Positions 40,023 to 50,252 are shown, numbered from the stretch's first letter. The stretch: 64,000 nt of DNA from Gammaproteobacteria bacterium (GCA_029863705.1 JAOTUU010000003.1:1200-65199), one strand, 5' to 3'. Program-made: numbers and translations. Notes: generated by a model not told the origin, from the letters alone.

Positions 40023-41564
40023 TTATGGGTAGGTGTAACTTGCCTGGATGCCTAGCGGCAAGCCAATCGCAAAGTACAGTAGCAGGAAGATCGTCCACGT
40101 GAGCAGAAACCACATCGAATAGGGCAGCATCATTGCGGTAACGGTGCCGATGCCGGTGCTTTTCACATAGCGCTGACAGTAAACCACGACCAGCGGGAAG
40201 TACGGCATTAACGGCGTGATGATGTTGGTGCTTGAGTCGCCGACACGATACGCGGCCTGCGTGAGGTCCGGCGAAATGCCAAGCGACATCAGCATGGGGA
40301 CGAAGATGGGTGCGAGCAGCCCCCACTTGCCACTTGCCGAGCCGACGAAAATGTTGACGAATGCGGTCAGCAATACGATGCCGACGATTGTGAATGCGGC
40401 CGGTAGTGCCAATGAAGCCAGGCCAGCAGCACCCTCTACCGCAAGCAGGACGCCCAGGTTCGACACGTTGAACGCGTAAACAAACTGGGCAATGAAAAAC
40501 ATGATGACGAGGTAGTAGGCCATGCTATGCATGGCGTGGGTCATGCCGTCAATCATGTCCTTGGCGCTTTTCATCGAGCCCGAAACAACGCCAAACACGA
40601 GGCCCGGCACAAGAAACAACAGGAAGATAAGCGACACGATGGAGCGCATCATCGGTGCGGCGCCACTGGTCAGTTCACCGCTTCCCGGAGCGCGCCAGGC
40701 CGAACCTTCTGGCAGGGCCGTCGCAAACAAGAGGACAACACCAACAACCATGGAGACCAGCGCCCAGCGCAGGCCTTTACGCTCGTTGGGCTTGATGTCG
40801 TGAACCTCGGGTAAGTCTTCGGCATCGCCGTCAATTTCCAGGCCCTGCAAGCGTGGCTCGACGACCTTCTCGGTCAAGTACCAGCCGAGGCCTACGATCA
40901 GCACCGAGGAGGCGGTTGTGAAGAAGTAATTGTTCAGCGGGTTTACGAGAACACTCGGATCGAGGATCTGTGCGCCCGCCTGTGTCAGTCCCTGCAACAG
41001 CGGATCGAGCGACGACGGCACGAAGTTCGCCGAGAAACCGCCGGAAACGCCGGCAAATGCGGCGGCAATACCGGCAAGTGGATGCCGACCGGCGGCATAG
41101 AAAATAACACCGCCCAGCGGAATAACCAGTACGTATCCAGCATCAACCGCGGAGTGGCTGACGATGCCGACGAGAATGACCATCGGCGTTAGCAACCATT
41201 TAGCGGTCACATTCAACAAGGCGCGAATGCCGGTTGTTATAAAGCCGGTGTGCTCCGCGACTCCGATGCCGAGCATCGCGACGAGCACAACGCCGACCGG
41301 ATGAAAGTGCGAAAAGTTGGTGACCATGACCGAGAGAAATTCGGTGAATGCCCGGCCAGACAGCAGGTTGTTAATGACGATCGGCTGGCTCGTGCGCGGA
41401 TCGATGGCGGTGATGGAGACGTAGGACATCAGCCACGATAAAATCCAGACCGCAAACAGCAGCACGATAAACAGCACCGCTGGGTCCGGCAGTTTATTGC
41501 CGATGCGCTCAACCGATGCGAGCATGCGCGCGCCAAGGCTGGCCTTTAATTGTTTTTTTGACAT
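40023..41564 (-). CDS. abgT: AbgT-family transporter (p-aminobenzoyl-glutamate / dipeptide-type)
   Basis: 513-aa polytopic ORF with the characteristic AbgT N-terminus (LASVERIGNKLPDPAVLFIVLLFAVWILSW) and a matching length. Confidence 0.8.
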   Translation of the reverse strand: MSKKQLKASLGARMLASVERIGNKLPDPAVLFIVLLFAVWILSWLMSYVSITAIDPRTSQPIVINNLLSGRAFTEFLSVMVTNFSHFHPVGVVLVAMLGIGVAEHTGFITTGIRALLNVTAKWLLTPMVILVGIVSHSAVDAGYVLVIPLGGVIFYAAGRHPLAGIAAAFAGVSGGFSANFVPSSLDPLLQGLTQAGAQILDPSVLVNPLNNYFFTTASSVLIVGLGWYLTEKVVEPRLQGLEIDGDAEDLPEVHDIKPNERKGLRWALVSMVVGVVLLFATALPEGSAWRAPGSGELTSGAAPMMRSIVSLIFLLFLVPGLVFGVVSGSMKSAKDMIDGMTHAMHSMAYYLVIMFFIAQFVYAFNVSNLGVLLAVEGAAGLASLALPAAFTIVGIVLLTAFVNIFVGSASGKWGLLAPIFVPMLMSLGISPDLTQAAYRVGDSSTNIITPLMPYFPLVVVYCQRYVKSTGIGTVTAMMLPYSMWFLLTWTIFLLLYFAIGLPLGIQASYTYP

Positions 41565-41622
41565 GGGACGATCCCCGCTTTTTTTGTTTTGCAGAGTCTA
41601 CGCAATCCGGTCAGCCACGTCG

Positions 41623-43443
41623 CTACCAGCCGCAGCTACGGCCTTCGTTTTGTTCCTGCAGATAGCCCATCAGTGGCTTGAAATAGTCGATGATCGCCGT
41701 GGCATCCATTTCCCGCGTTCCTGTCAGCTTCTCCAGCGTGTCGGGCCAGGGGTCACTGGCGCCGGCTTCGAGCATAGCGGTCAAACGCTCGCCTGCTGCC
41801 TTGCTGCCATAAATCGAACAGGCATGCAGATCGCCCTCGTGGCCCGCTGTTTCGCACAGCGCCCGCTGGAACTGGAACTGCAGAATATGCGCGAGGAAAT
41901 ACCGGGTGTACGAGACGTTTGCGGGCACATGATATTTTGCGCCCGGATCGAAGTCGGCCTCGCTGCGCTCAACTGGTGCCGCGATGCCCTGGTACTTCGT
42001 GCGCAAATCCCACCAACTCTTGTTGTAATCCGCGGGCGCGATCTCGCCAGAGAAAACGGCCCAGCGCCATTCGTCGATGAGCTTGCCGAATGGCAGGAAG
42101 GCTATTTTGTCCAAAGCCTGCTGCATCTGCCGATTAATAATTGCCTGTTCGTTTTGTTCGGCCGATGCAATCAGGCCGACCTCGGCAAGATAGCCGGGTG
42201 TCATCGACAGCGTTATGGTGTCGCCGATGGCTTCGTGAAAGCCGCTGTTCGCGCCGCCCTGGAACAGCGGCGGCTGATCTTTGTACGCACCCTGGTAATA
42301 GTTATGCCCAAGCTCATGATAGATCACGCGCAATTCATCGTAGGTTTGTTTGATGCACATTTTGATGCGCAGGTCGTTGCCACCGTCAAGGCCCCACGCA
42401 CTCGCATGGCAGACGACTTCGCGATCTGCCGGCTTGGAAAACATGGAGCGCTCCCAGAACGTATCTGGCATTCGTGGCATACCGAGCGAGGTGTAGAAAC
42501 TCTCAGCCGAGCGAACCATCTCCTGTGGTGAATAGTTCTTGGTTTTGAGGGTCGTGTCGACGTCGATTTCCGCGACGCCGGGGTACGGCTCAATCAGATC
42601 GTAAATAAAACCCCACCCCTGCGCCCACATATTGCCAAGCAGGTGCGCCGGAATAGGCTGGTCTTGTGGAACCTTGTCCTCGCCGTAAACTTCGCCGAGT
42701 TTTGCTCGCACATGACAATGCAATTCGTCGTATAACGGTTCGACTTGTTCCCAAAGACGGCCCGCTTCAGCTTGAAACTCGGTCGGGCTCATGTCGAAAC
42801 CGGCGCGCCACATCTCACCCAGGTTGGCATAGCCAAGGTCATTCGCGCCTTCGTTAGCGAGCTCTACATAGCGCTCGTACATTGCACGCATCGGCGGTGC
42901 AATTGTGCGCCACCCCTCCCACAACTCAAGCAACTCATCGTAATCTCGCAACTCAGTCATGAGACCCTCGAGCTCTGTGCCCGAGATACAATCGCCGTCA
43001 CTGCGGCAGTACTTGCCGGCGCCGTACATGCCTTTGAGTTCGGTGGCTATTTGCATCAGCTCACGGCGCTTGGCAGCATCATTCGGTGCCGGCAACGACG
43101 TGCCGAGCTTCAGCAGGTCTATCCCACGCCGTGTGTCAGCGCCCAGTTTCTGGCCATCGTACTTCGCCGCCTCGGCGACCGTGCGGCTGTGCCACTCGGC
43201 ATATCGTTCACTGGCCGCGGCGTTCAGTATCGCCGTGTCCTCGGTGATATAGGTTGCGCGTACCCAACCGGCGGCGCCCTGATCGATGCGGAGCGCCTTG
43301 AGCTCCTCATTGACTCGAGCGATGAACGCTTCGGCGGACTCTTCCGGTGCTGAACTAACAGCTTCCTCTGGGGCCTGCTGAGAACACGCAGCAAAACCCG
43401 TTGCGACCAACAGACCCGCAATCAGTGTCAAATAATTTTTCAT
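41623..43443 (-). CDS. M2-family peptidyl-dipeptidase (angiotensin-converting-enzyme-like), lipoprotein
   Basis: Lipobox signal MKNYLTLIAGLLVATGFAACS. Zinc site is HELGHNYY ... FHEAIGD (HExxH plus a downstream E, as in ACE), with the ACE-like segment VCHASAWG. 606 aa, the size of a single ACE domain. Confidence 0.8.
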   Translation of the reverse strand: MKNYLTLIAGLLVATGFAACSQQAPEEAVSSAPEESAEAFIARVNEELKALRIDQGAAGWVRATYITEDTAILNAAASERYAEWHSRTVAEAAKYDGQKLGADTRRGIDLLKLGTSLPAPNDAAKRRELMQIATELKGMYGAGKYCRSDGDCISGTELEGLMTELRDYDELLELWEGWRTIAPPMRAMYERYVELANEGANDLGYANLGEMWRAGFDMSPTEFQAEAGRLWEQVEPLYDELHCHVRAKLGEVYGEDKVPQDQPIPAHLLGNMWAQGWGFIYDLIEPYPGVAEIDVDTTLKTKNYSPQEMVRSAESFYTSLGMPRMPDTFWERSMFSKPADREVVCHASAWGLDGGNDLRIKMCIKQTYDELRVIYHELGHNYYQGAYKDQPPLFQGGANSGFHEAIGDTITLSMTPGYLAEVGLIASAEQNEQAIINRQMQQALDKIAFLPFGKLIDEWRWAVFSGEIAPADYNKSWWDLRTKYQGIAAPVERSEADFDPGAKYHVPANVSYTRYFLAHILQFQFQRALCETAGHEGDLHACSIYGSKAAGERLTAMLEAGASDPWPDTLEKLTGTREMDATAIIDYFKPLMGYLQEQNEGRSCGW

Positions 43444-43468
43444 TGTGCTTCCTGCTTTGTTAATTGGA

Positions 43469-45280
43469 TCAATGCACGCCGTGCATGCCGCGTCTCAGAA
43501 GCGGAGAAACGAGCAGAACGAACACACCTACTCCAAGGCCGACATACATCAGGAACTCAAACAGCTGTGTATACGTCGCCAGAGCGCCAACGGAATCTAC
43601 GACCTCACCACCGTGGGTGTCGACTGCCGCCATTTTGCCGAGACGTGTCGCGACAGTTTCTGAAAGCGCGGTCGCCAGGAACCACGTTCCCATGCTTACC
43701 CCGACAACCCGGCCAATCGACAGCTTGGTCACGGCAGACAGGCCGACCGGCGACAAGCACAGCTCACCCGTTGTGTGCAGCAGGTAAGCGAGAACCAGCC
43801 AGATCATGCCGACCTTGCCCGCTGCGTCCGGGAACTGCGCACCAAAAACGAGGGCGCCGAAACCAAGGCCCGCCTGGATAATGCCAAGGCCAAATTTTAC
43901 CGGGGTCGGCGGCTCGAGATTGCGTTTTGCCAGCCAGATCCAGAGCCACGCGAACGGCAGGGCAAGCAGAAAGATGAAGCCCGCGTTCAGTGAACCGAAT
44001 TGCGCGGCCGTAACCGTTACGCCACCGATTTCGCGATCGACAACGCGATCTGCGAACAAGGTCATCGAGCCGGCGGACTGTTCGAACAGCGCCCAGAAAA
44101 CCACAGTTGTCAGGATCAGGAACATGAGCACGACGGTGCGGCCAAGCTCATCGGAGTTGTGCGTCTTGAAGCCGTACACCACAAAGGCCACGATCAACGC
44201 AATCGCCGCGTAAACGGTGTATTCGACGACCATTTCGCTGCCGGGCAAGAAGCCGAGGTTAGCGGCGGCCGAATAAGAACCGAGAATTATCGCTGCGGCC
44301 GCAAAAATATAAGCAAAGGTGTTGCTGCCTGCGGCTTTTCTATAAATCATCGAATACAAAATGATGCCCACTACGGCCGAGATCAGGAACACATTTTGGG
44401 TCAGGAGAACAACAGGTTCGTGTTGCACCAGCAACCAGAACACACCCAGAACCGGCAGGCTCAGGAGATAGATCGCCCACTCACGGCTGATCGGCCCGAA
44501 AACTTTTTGCTTCAGTTGCTCTGGATCCGACGGCTCGGCATGGCCGTGGAGAAATTTCTGCCCGTAGGTAAAGGAGATCAGTCCGATGATCATGCCGATA
44601 CCGGCCGCGCCGAAGCCATACTTCCAGCCAAAGGTCTCACCAAGCCAGCCGCAAAGCAGAGTGGCGGTGAACGAACCGATGTTGATACCCATGTAAAAGA
44701 TCGTGAAACCCGAATCACGACGCGGGTCATCTTTGCTATAGAGCCTGCCAACGATCGTTGAAATGTTCGGCTTCAGGTAGCCGACGCCCATGACGATAAG
44801 CGCCAGCGCAAAATAGAAGACGTTGAGGGCGGCCGTGTCCCGGAAGGTCAGGGCCTCTGACAACATCGTGCCTGCGACCAATATCTCGCCGCTGGCAAGC
44901 GTCAGGCTTTCTGTGAGCACGGTTCCGGCAGGGTAGTTGATGGCTTTGAAGCCCTCAACAGCCATTAGCAAATGACCAAGTGACAGCAGGATGCCGCCAA
45001 ACAGGACGGACTTGCGCATGCCGAGATAGCGGTCTGCTATCAGGCCGCCGATTACCGGCAGCGCATAGACGAGGCCGGCGTACGAGCCGAGCACGTCCAG
45101 ACCGTCGCCGTCGGAAAACAGGTGATACTTGGTGAGATACAGAAGCAGCAGGTATTTCATTCCGTAGAATGAAAAGCGCTCCCAAAGCTCGGTCGTGAAA
45201 CAAACGTAAAGGCCTTTCGGGTGACCCCAAAGGTCGTCATTACTTTGCTCGTCCACTGCCGTGGCAACCAAGTCAGTCAT
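43469..45280 (-). CDS. POT/PTR2-family di/tripeptide:proton symporter
   Basis: PTR2 signatures are present: ELWERFSFYGMKYLLLLYL, GGLIADRYLGMRK and FTIFYMGINIGSF. 603 aa with about 14+ TM helices. Confidence 0.9.
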   Translation of the reverse strand: MTDLVATAVDEQSNDDLWGHPKGLYVCFTTELWERFSFYGMKYLLLLYLTKYHLFSDGDGLDVLGSYAGLVYALPVIGGLIADRYLGMRKSVLFGGILLSLGHLLMAVEGFKAINYPAGTVLTESLTLASGEILVAGTMLSEALTFRDTAALNVFYFALALIVMGVGYLKPNISTIVGRLYSKDDPRRDSGFTIFYMGINIGSFTATLLCGWLGETFGWKYGFGAAGIGMIIGLISFTYGQKFLHGHAEPSDPEQLKQKVFGPISREWAIYLLSLPVLGVFWLLVQHEPVVLLTQNVFLISAVVGIILYSMIYRKAAGSNTFAYIFAAAAIILGSYSAAANLGFLPGSEMVVEYTVYAAIALIVAFVVYGFKTHNSDELGRTVVLMFLILTTVVFWALFEQSAGSMTLFADRVVDREIGGVTVTAAQFGSLNAGFIFLLALPFAWLWIWLAKRNLEPPTPVKFGLGIIQAGLGFGALVFGAQFPDAAGKVGMIWLVLAYLLHTTGELCLSPVGLSAVTKLSIGRVVGVSMGTWFLATALSETVATRLGKMAAVDTHGGEVVDSVGALATYTQLFEFLMYVGLGVGVFVLLVSPLLRRGMHGVH

Positions 45281-45370
45281 ATTTTCCCCCGAACATTAAC
45301 TGGTGCTGCAGAAAGCTCGCAGCGTGGGCTAGGCATTAAACACTATTTGAGGCGTAACTTTCTACCGTCG

Positions 45371-45413
45371 GCGCGGCCTATGGCCGCGATCACGCCCACA
45401 GGGCGCTCCTACA
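45371..45413. repeat. REP-like palindromic element, second copy (reverse orientation)
   Basis: The reverse complement reads TGTAGGAGCGCCCTGTGGGCGTGATCGCGGCCATAGGCCGCGC. This matches the 24935-24960 unit (TGTAGGAGCGCCCCGCGGGCGCGATC) at 23 of 26 positions and contains two short GC hairpins. It overlaps the tatC stop codon. Confidence 0.45.
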
Positions 45414-46182
45414 GTTCGGTTTCTCGCGTTGGTTCAGCTTCAGCGGGTTTCCCGGCAAATATGCGCGACATGATAATGCCGCATTCATAAAGCAGGTAGA
45501 CCGGAACAGCGAGCAAGGTCTGGCTGATGATGTCGGGAGGCGTCAGGAACATGCCGACGACGAATGCGCCCAGAAACACATACGGCCGTGCTTTGCTGAG
45601 CTTGTCAATATCGGTGAGACCAGTCCAGACAAGTAGAACGGTTGCCACAGGCACTTCAAACGCGAGGCCGAATGCGAGCACGATCATCGTGATGAAGCTC
45701 AGGAAGTGCGAGATGTCGGTCATGACTTCTACGCCCTCGGGCGCCACCGCGGTAAAGAAACCGAACATCAGTGGAAAGACGACGAAGTAGGCGAATGCAA
45801 TGCCGAGATAGAAAAGCAGAATGCTGCTTGCCAGCAACGGAAACGCAAAATGTTTTTCCTTCCTGTACAGCCCTGGCGCGACAAATGCCCATACCTGATA
45901 CAAAATCACCGGCATCGCAATGAAGAGCGAAACAAAAAAGGTCAGCTTGAAGGGCGTTAGCAATGGTGACGCAACCTCGGTCGCGATCATCTGCTGGCCC
46001 GGTAAAATTTCGCGAAGCGGCTCAGACACAAGAGAGAAAATTCGCCGCGCGAACGGTAGCAGCGCGATGAAAACCAAAACGACAGCGGCCGCAATCTTCA
46101 GAAGCCGGCCACGCAACTCAATGAGGTGCGACAACAAGGTCCCCTCTGCAAGGTCTTCGCCGTTGTCGGACTCTTTACTCAC
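45409..46182 (-). CDS. tatC: twin-arginine translocase subunit TatC
   Basis: 257-aa six-[27 protein letters not shown] and [22 protein letters not shown] are typical TatC sequences. Synteny is tatA-tatB-tatC. Confidence 0.95.
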   Translation of the reverse strand: MSKESDNGEDLAEGTLLSHLIELRGRLLKIAAAVVLVFIALLPFARRIFSLVSEPLREILPGQQMIATEVASPLLTPFKLTFFVSLFIAMPVILYQVWAFVAPGLYRKEKHFAFPLLASSILLFYLGIAFAYFVVFPLMFGFFTAVAPEGVEVMTDISHFLSFITMIVLAFGLAFEVPVATVLLVWTGLTDIDKLSKARPYVFLGAFVVGMFLTPPDIISQTLLAVPVYLLYECGIIMSRIFAGKPAEAEPTRETEL

Positions 46183-46526
46183 GCGTTTTTCTTTTCTTCG
46201 TCATCGACCGGTTCCGGGTCGGGTGCTGCATCGACCTCCGGTTCGGTATCATCCTCGGTCTTCGCTGCCTTTGTCGGATCGTGCAACGGCGAATAGGTGT
46301 CGTCGTCATTCGGTGCTGGCGCTGAAGCTCGCGGCTCAATGCTCAGCGGGTTACCGCCGAGATCGAGCTCTTCCTCTAGTTGCCGCCTCATAACCCGCGT
46401 CATGCGCCTGGCTTGTCCAAGCCATGTGCCGAGCTGGTTCGCAACGCGCGGCAGTCTCTCGGGCCCAAGTACGATGAGCCCGATCATAAATAGAATAAGG
46501 AGTTCCGAAAAGCCGATCCCGGACAT
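46179..46526 (-). CDS. tatB: twin-arginine translocase subunit TatB
   Basis: [33 protein letters not shown] is the canonical TatB N-terminus. The C-terminal tail is acidic. Confidence 0.9.
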   Translation of the reverse strand: MSGIGFSELLILFMIGLIVLGPERLPRVANQLGTWLGQARRMTRVMRRQLEEELDLGGNPLSIEPRASAPAPNDDDTYSPLHDPTKAAKTEDDTEPEVDAAPDPEPVDDEEKKNA

Positions 46527-46537
46527 ATCAGAACGAC

Positions 46538-46771
46538 TCAGGATTTGTTGTCGTGGGTCTCGTCAACCGGCGTATTGTCAAAGTCAGCGTCCTTGTCCGA
46601 TGACTCCGAAAGTTGCTCGGTCGTGGCTTCGGCGTCACTTACTGCCGAGCGAAATCCCTTTACAGCGCTGCCGAGATCGGAGCCCAGCGTGCGCAAACGT
46701 TTCGTGCCAAAAATGGCGAGCACGATGACAAGCACGATCAGCAATTGAACCGGGCCGATGTTGGATAACAT
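46538..46771 (-). CDS. tatA: twin-arginine translocase subunit TatA
   Basis: 77 aa. [33 protein letters not shown] is the TM plus amphipathic-helix signature. Confidence 0.9.
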   Translation of the reverse strand: MLSNIGPVQLLIVLVIVLAIFGTKRLRTLGSDLGSAVKGFRSAVSDAEATTEQLSESSDKDADFDNTPVDETHDNKS

Positions 46772-46873
46772 CTTATTACTCCTGGGGCCTCGCCCCGTAA
46801 TGATTCTGCGTGGTTAATAATAGCGCCAAAGACGGCACAATACCGTGTCGGCGTCACACCGCAATACCTCTGA

Positions 46874-47311
46874 TCAGGTTTCGAGCCAAAACGTCACTGG
46901 ACCATCGTTGGTAAGAGTAACTTGCATATTGGCACCAAAACGCCCTGTTTCAACGCTATCGAGTCGCTTTTTACAGGTCTCCACTAATTGCCCGAAAAAC
47001 GCGCTGCCCTTTTCCGGCGCTGCCGCCCTGGTAAAACTCGCACGGGCGCCCTTCTTCGTGTCGGCGGCCAATGTGAACTGCGGAACCAGCAGCAGCGCCA
47101 GGTTTTCGTCAACAAGACTTCGGTTCATACGCTCGTCGGCGTCGGGAAATACCCTGTAGCCAAGGATCCTCTCGGCGAGGCGCTCGATATCGGCGTCAGT
47201 ATCGTCCCGATGCACTGCCACGAGCACCAGCAACCCACGCCCGATCTGGCCGATCAGCTCCCCGTCTACGCTGACGCTGGCTTGTGTCACCCGTTGTAGC
47301 AGTCCGATCAT
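46874..47311 (-). CDS. dtd: D-aminoacyl-tRNA deacylase
   Basis: 145 aa. MIGLLQRVTQASVSVDGELIGQIGRGLLVLV and the ending SNDGPVTFWLE-like motif (LTNDGPVTFWLET) match Dtd. Confidence 0.9.
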   Translation of the reverse strand: MIGLLQRVTQASVSVDGELIGQIGRGLLVLVAVHRDDTDADIERLAERILGYRVFPDADERMNRSLVDENLALLLVPQFTLAADTKKGARASFTRAAAPEKGSAFFGQLVETCKKRLDSVETGRFGANMQVTLTNDGPVTFWLET

Positions 47312-47526
47312 TTGTTGGTGATTTCCTCAACAATCCGGCAGTCGACGCCTTTATTAAGGCATCAACGAGATATGAAAGCCATAGTGGTGAGCGAAAGCTG
47401 CCAATGTCAACGGACCGGCCAGTGGGTGGGGTTTCTGCAACGTTGCCCGGGCGAGCTCCGCCACAGGATCAAGCCAGGGACGGCCGATCCGGGGCACCGC
47501 CCCTCTGGCCGGACCAGGGACGGAAC

Positions 47527-47552
47527 GGGCCCCGATCGACCGATCGGGGCCC
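47527..47552. other. perfect 12-bp-stem palindrome inside a GC-rich non-coding segment
   Basis: GGGCCCCGATCG-ac-CGATCGGGGCCC. A second hairpin, CGGCC..GGGGC-acc-GCCCC..GGCCG, lies at 47481-47511. No flanking U-tract on either strand, so it is not a canonical terminator. Confidence 0.4.
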
Positions 47553-47760
47553 AACTAGTCAAGAAACACCACATTTCACTAATAATTTAATGAAATCGAT
47601 AGTAAAGACCCACCTGATTATAAATCACGCATATCATGGGAAAACCGATCAAGATTAAAGCCATTATTGAGCCATAAGTGGGGAGATGCGTCGGCGCGAG
47701 GATGACATTGGCATAATTGCCGACAGCCAATACACTTGACTGCAGTCATCAGGAAGCGCA

Positions 47761-48855
47761 ATGAAAAGAAGACAATTTGTAGGTGGCCTTGCTGCGGCCG
47801 CCGGAGTTACGGCGTGCAGCTCGGACAGCGTTGAGTGTGAAAAAGGCCTCGGCCAGCCCGCAGAATCTTTTGAGTGGTCGTGCGTTACATCGTGGCCGCC
47901 AAAATTTCCGGGTCTGGGCATCGCTGTGGATAACTTCGCAGAGCGTGTCGAGGCAGCGTCGAGCGGTCGCCTTAAAATCAAGGTCTACGGCGGTGGCGAG
48001 CTCGTTCCGGCGTTCGAGTGTTTCGATGCGGTGAGTCGTGGCACAGTCGAGATGGGCAACGACGCATCGTATTACCACAAGGGCAAGATTGCAGCCGCGC
48101 AGTTCTTTACGGCAGTGCCTTTTGGCATGAACCACCTCGAGCTCAGTGGCTGGCTGCATTACGGCGGTGGTCTGGAGCTGTGGCGGGAACTCTACGCGCC
48201 TTTCAATATCGTGCCATTTCCATGCGGCAATACCGGCGTGCAAATGGGTGGCTGGTTTAACAGGGAAATAAATTCCGTTGGCGACCTCAAGGGACTTAAA
48301 ATGCGCATTCCGGGGCTCGGGGGCGAAGTCATCAAGCGCGCTGGCGGCACACCGATAGCCATGCCCGGCTCCGAAGTATTTACCTCCCTCAAAACCGGGA
48401 CGATCGACGCGGCCGAGTGGGTCGGTGCATACAACGACATTGCGTTTGGAATGCATGAAGCAGCAAAGTACTACTACTACCCGGGTTGGCAGGAACCGGG
48501 CGCGGGCCTGGAGCTGATGATCAATGCGACGGCGTGGGCGTCACTGCCGCCGGACCTGCAGGCAATAGTCGAAATTAGTTGCCAGTCGATTACCACAGAC
48601 ATGATGGCGGAGTACACACACGGCAACGCAATCGCTTTGCAACAGCTTATGGATGATCCAGACGTGGAAGTGCGCCCGTATCCCGATGAGGTCTTGCGCT
48701 TGCTGAAGTCGCATACGAAGGACATCGTCGACGAGATCTCCGCGGTCGATCCGACCTGGAAGAAGATCGCAGATTCTTACTACGCGTTCCTCGAAAAGTC
48801 GACGGAGAATCAGCGCACCACGGAATGGGCCAACCTGAAAACACGCGATTTGTAA
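47761..48855 (+). CDS. TRAP transporter substrate-binding protein (DctP family, COG4663-like) with Tat-type signal
   Basis: MKRRQFVGGLAAAAGVTAC is the signal. The mature part has DctP-type motifs (SWPPKFPGLG, GTVEMGNDASYY, GLKMRIPG). It is convergent with the TRAP membrane subunits. Confidence 0.8.
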   Translation: MKRRQFVGGLAAAAGVTACSSDSVECEKGLGQPAESFEWSCVTSWPPKFPGLGIAVDNFAERVEAASSGRLKIKVYGGGELVPAFECFDAVSRGTVEMGNDASYYHKGKIAAAQFFTAVPFGMNHLELSGWLHYGGGLELWRELYAPFNIVPFPCGNTGVQMGGWFNREINSVGDLKGLKMRIPGLGGEVIKRAGGTPIAMPGSEVFTSLKTGTIDAAEWVGAYNDIAFGMHEAAKYYYYPGWQEPGAGLELMINATAWASLPPDLQAIVEISCQSITTDMMAEYTHGNAIALQQLMDDPDVEVRPYPDEVLRLLKSHTKDIVDEISAVDPTWKKIADSYYAFLEKSTENQRTTEWANLKTRDL

Positions 48856-48876
48856 TCAAGCGCAATATTGAAAGTA

Positions 48877-50250
48877 TTAGCTGCCGTAGATCTTGCCGGG
48901 TAGCCAGGTAATGATATCCGGAAAGATGCTAAGCATGAGCAAAGCAAAAAGCTGAATCGCCACGAAAGGGATCACGCCGCGATAAATCTGTGCTGTAGTA
49001 ACTTCGGGCGGCGCGACGCCACGCAAATAAAACAACGCAAATCCAAAGGGCGGCGTCAGGAAGGAAGTCTGCAGATTTATCGCGATCATTATGCCGAGCC
49101 AGACCGGGTCGAGGCCCATTGCCAGTAACACGGGCCCGACAATCGGTACGACAACGAACGTGATTTCTATGAAGTCGAGTACGAAGCCAAGCAGGAACAT
49201 CACAAGCATTACAACGATAACCGCGCCAACGACGCCACCGGGAAGCGACCCAAGTATTACGCGTACCCCATCGTCACCACCGTAGCCGCGAAACACGAGA
49301 GAGAAGATCGAGGCACCGATCAGAATCAGGAACACCATGCTGCTGATCCTGAGCGTGCTGCGCATTATCTGCTGGAGCCGCGCCAGATTTATCTGGCGAC
49401 GTGACGCGGCAAGCAGCAAAGCACCCGTCGCGCCCACGCCGGCCGCCTCTGTCGGTGTGGCAAGGCCCAGGAGGATCGAACCAAGCACGGCAAAAATCAG
49501 TGTTAGTGGGGGTAGCAGCGCGCGAAGTATTTGCCGAAAGCCGACACTTTCACCTGGCCCCAGCTCGTGCGCCGGCATGGTGTCGGGCCGCAGGAAAGCA
49601 ACAACGACGATGTAGATCACATACAGGAAAACAAGCAACAAACCAGGGATTAATGCGCCGGCAAATAGGTCACCTACCGAAACGGTTTTTGGCGAGAAGA
49701 CGCCCATTTCTAACTGCGCCTGCTGATAGGCCGAGGTCATTACGTCGCCAAGCATGACAAGAATGATCGACGGCGGAATAATTTGGCCCAGCGTGCCGGA
49801 CGCGCAGATCGTGCCAGCAGAAACCTCTGCTGAGTAGCCACGACGGAGCATTGTGGGAAGCGACAACAAGCCCATCGTCACGACGGTTGCGCCGACAATG
49901 CCTGTGCTTGCCGCAAGCAACATGCCAACCACGGTCACCGAAATGCCGAGGCCGCCACGTAATGACCCGAACAGCCCACTCAGCGTTTCGAGCAGCTCCT
50001 CGGCAATACGCGCTCGCTCGAGCGTGACGCCCATGAAAACAAACAGAGGCACCGCAATGAGCGTCTCATTATTCATGATGCCGAAAATCCGATTGGGCAA
50101 ACCCGACAATAGCGCCTGGTTAAAGTCACCTGTCAGTACGCCGATACCTGCAAACAGCAGCGCTGTGCCACCCAATGTGAATGCAACCGGAAAACCCGCG
50201 AGCAAGACGATCACAACGGAGAGGAACAAAAGCAGGGCGATCCACTCCAT
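48877..50250 (-). CDS. TRAP transporter large permease (DctM family)
   Basis: 457-aa polytopic ORF with typical DctM segments (GIMNNETLIAVPLFVFMG, PPSIILVMLG). It lies immediately downstream of the small subunit. Confidence 0.85.
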   Translation of the reverse strand: MEWIALLLFLSVVIVLLAGFPVAFTLGGTALLFAGIGVLTGDFNQALLSGLPNRIFGIMNNETLIAVPLFVFMGVTLERARIAEELLETLSGLFGSLRGGLGISVTVVGMLLAASTGIVGATVVTMGLLSLPTMLRRGYSAEVSAGTICASGTLGQIIPPSIILVMLGDVMTSAYQQAQLEMGVFSPKTVSVGDLFAGALIPGLLLVFLYVIYIVVVAFLRPDTMPAHELGPGESVGFRQILRALLPPLTLIFAVLGSILLGLATPTEAAGVGATGALLLAASRRQINLARLQQIMRSTLRISSMVFLILIGASIFSLVFRGYGGDDGVRVILGSLPGGVVGAVIVVMLVMFLLGFVLDFIEITFVVVPIVGPVLLAMGLDPVWLGIMIAINLQTSFLTPPFGFALFYLRGVAPPEVTTAQIYRGVIPFVAIQLFALLMLSIFPDIITWLPGKIYGS

Positions 50251-50252
50251 CG

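Noticed and set aside
47312-47658. 92-aa and 124-aa plus-strand ORFs and a 66-aa minus-strand ORF in the dtd-dctP spacer.
   Set aside because: They are Pro/Gly/Arg-rich and mutually overlapping, with no start context or motif. The region is better explained as structured non-coding DNA, reported separately as a finding.
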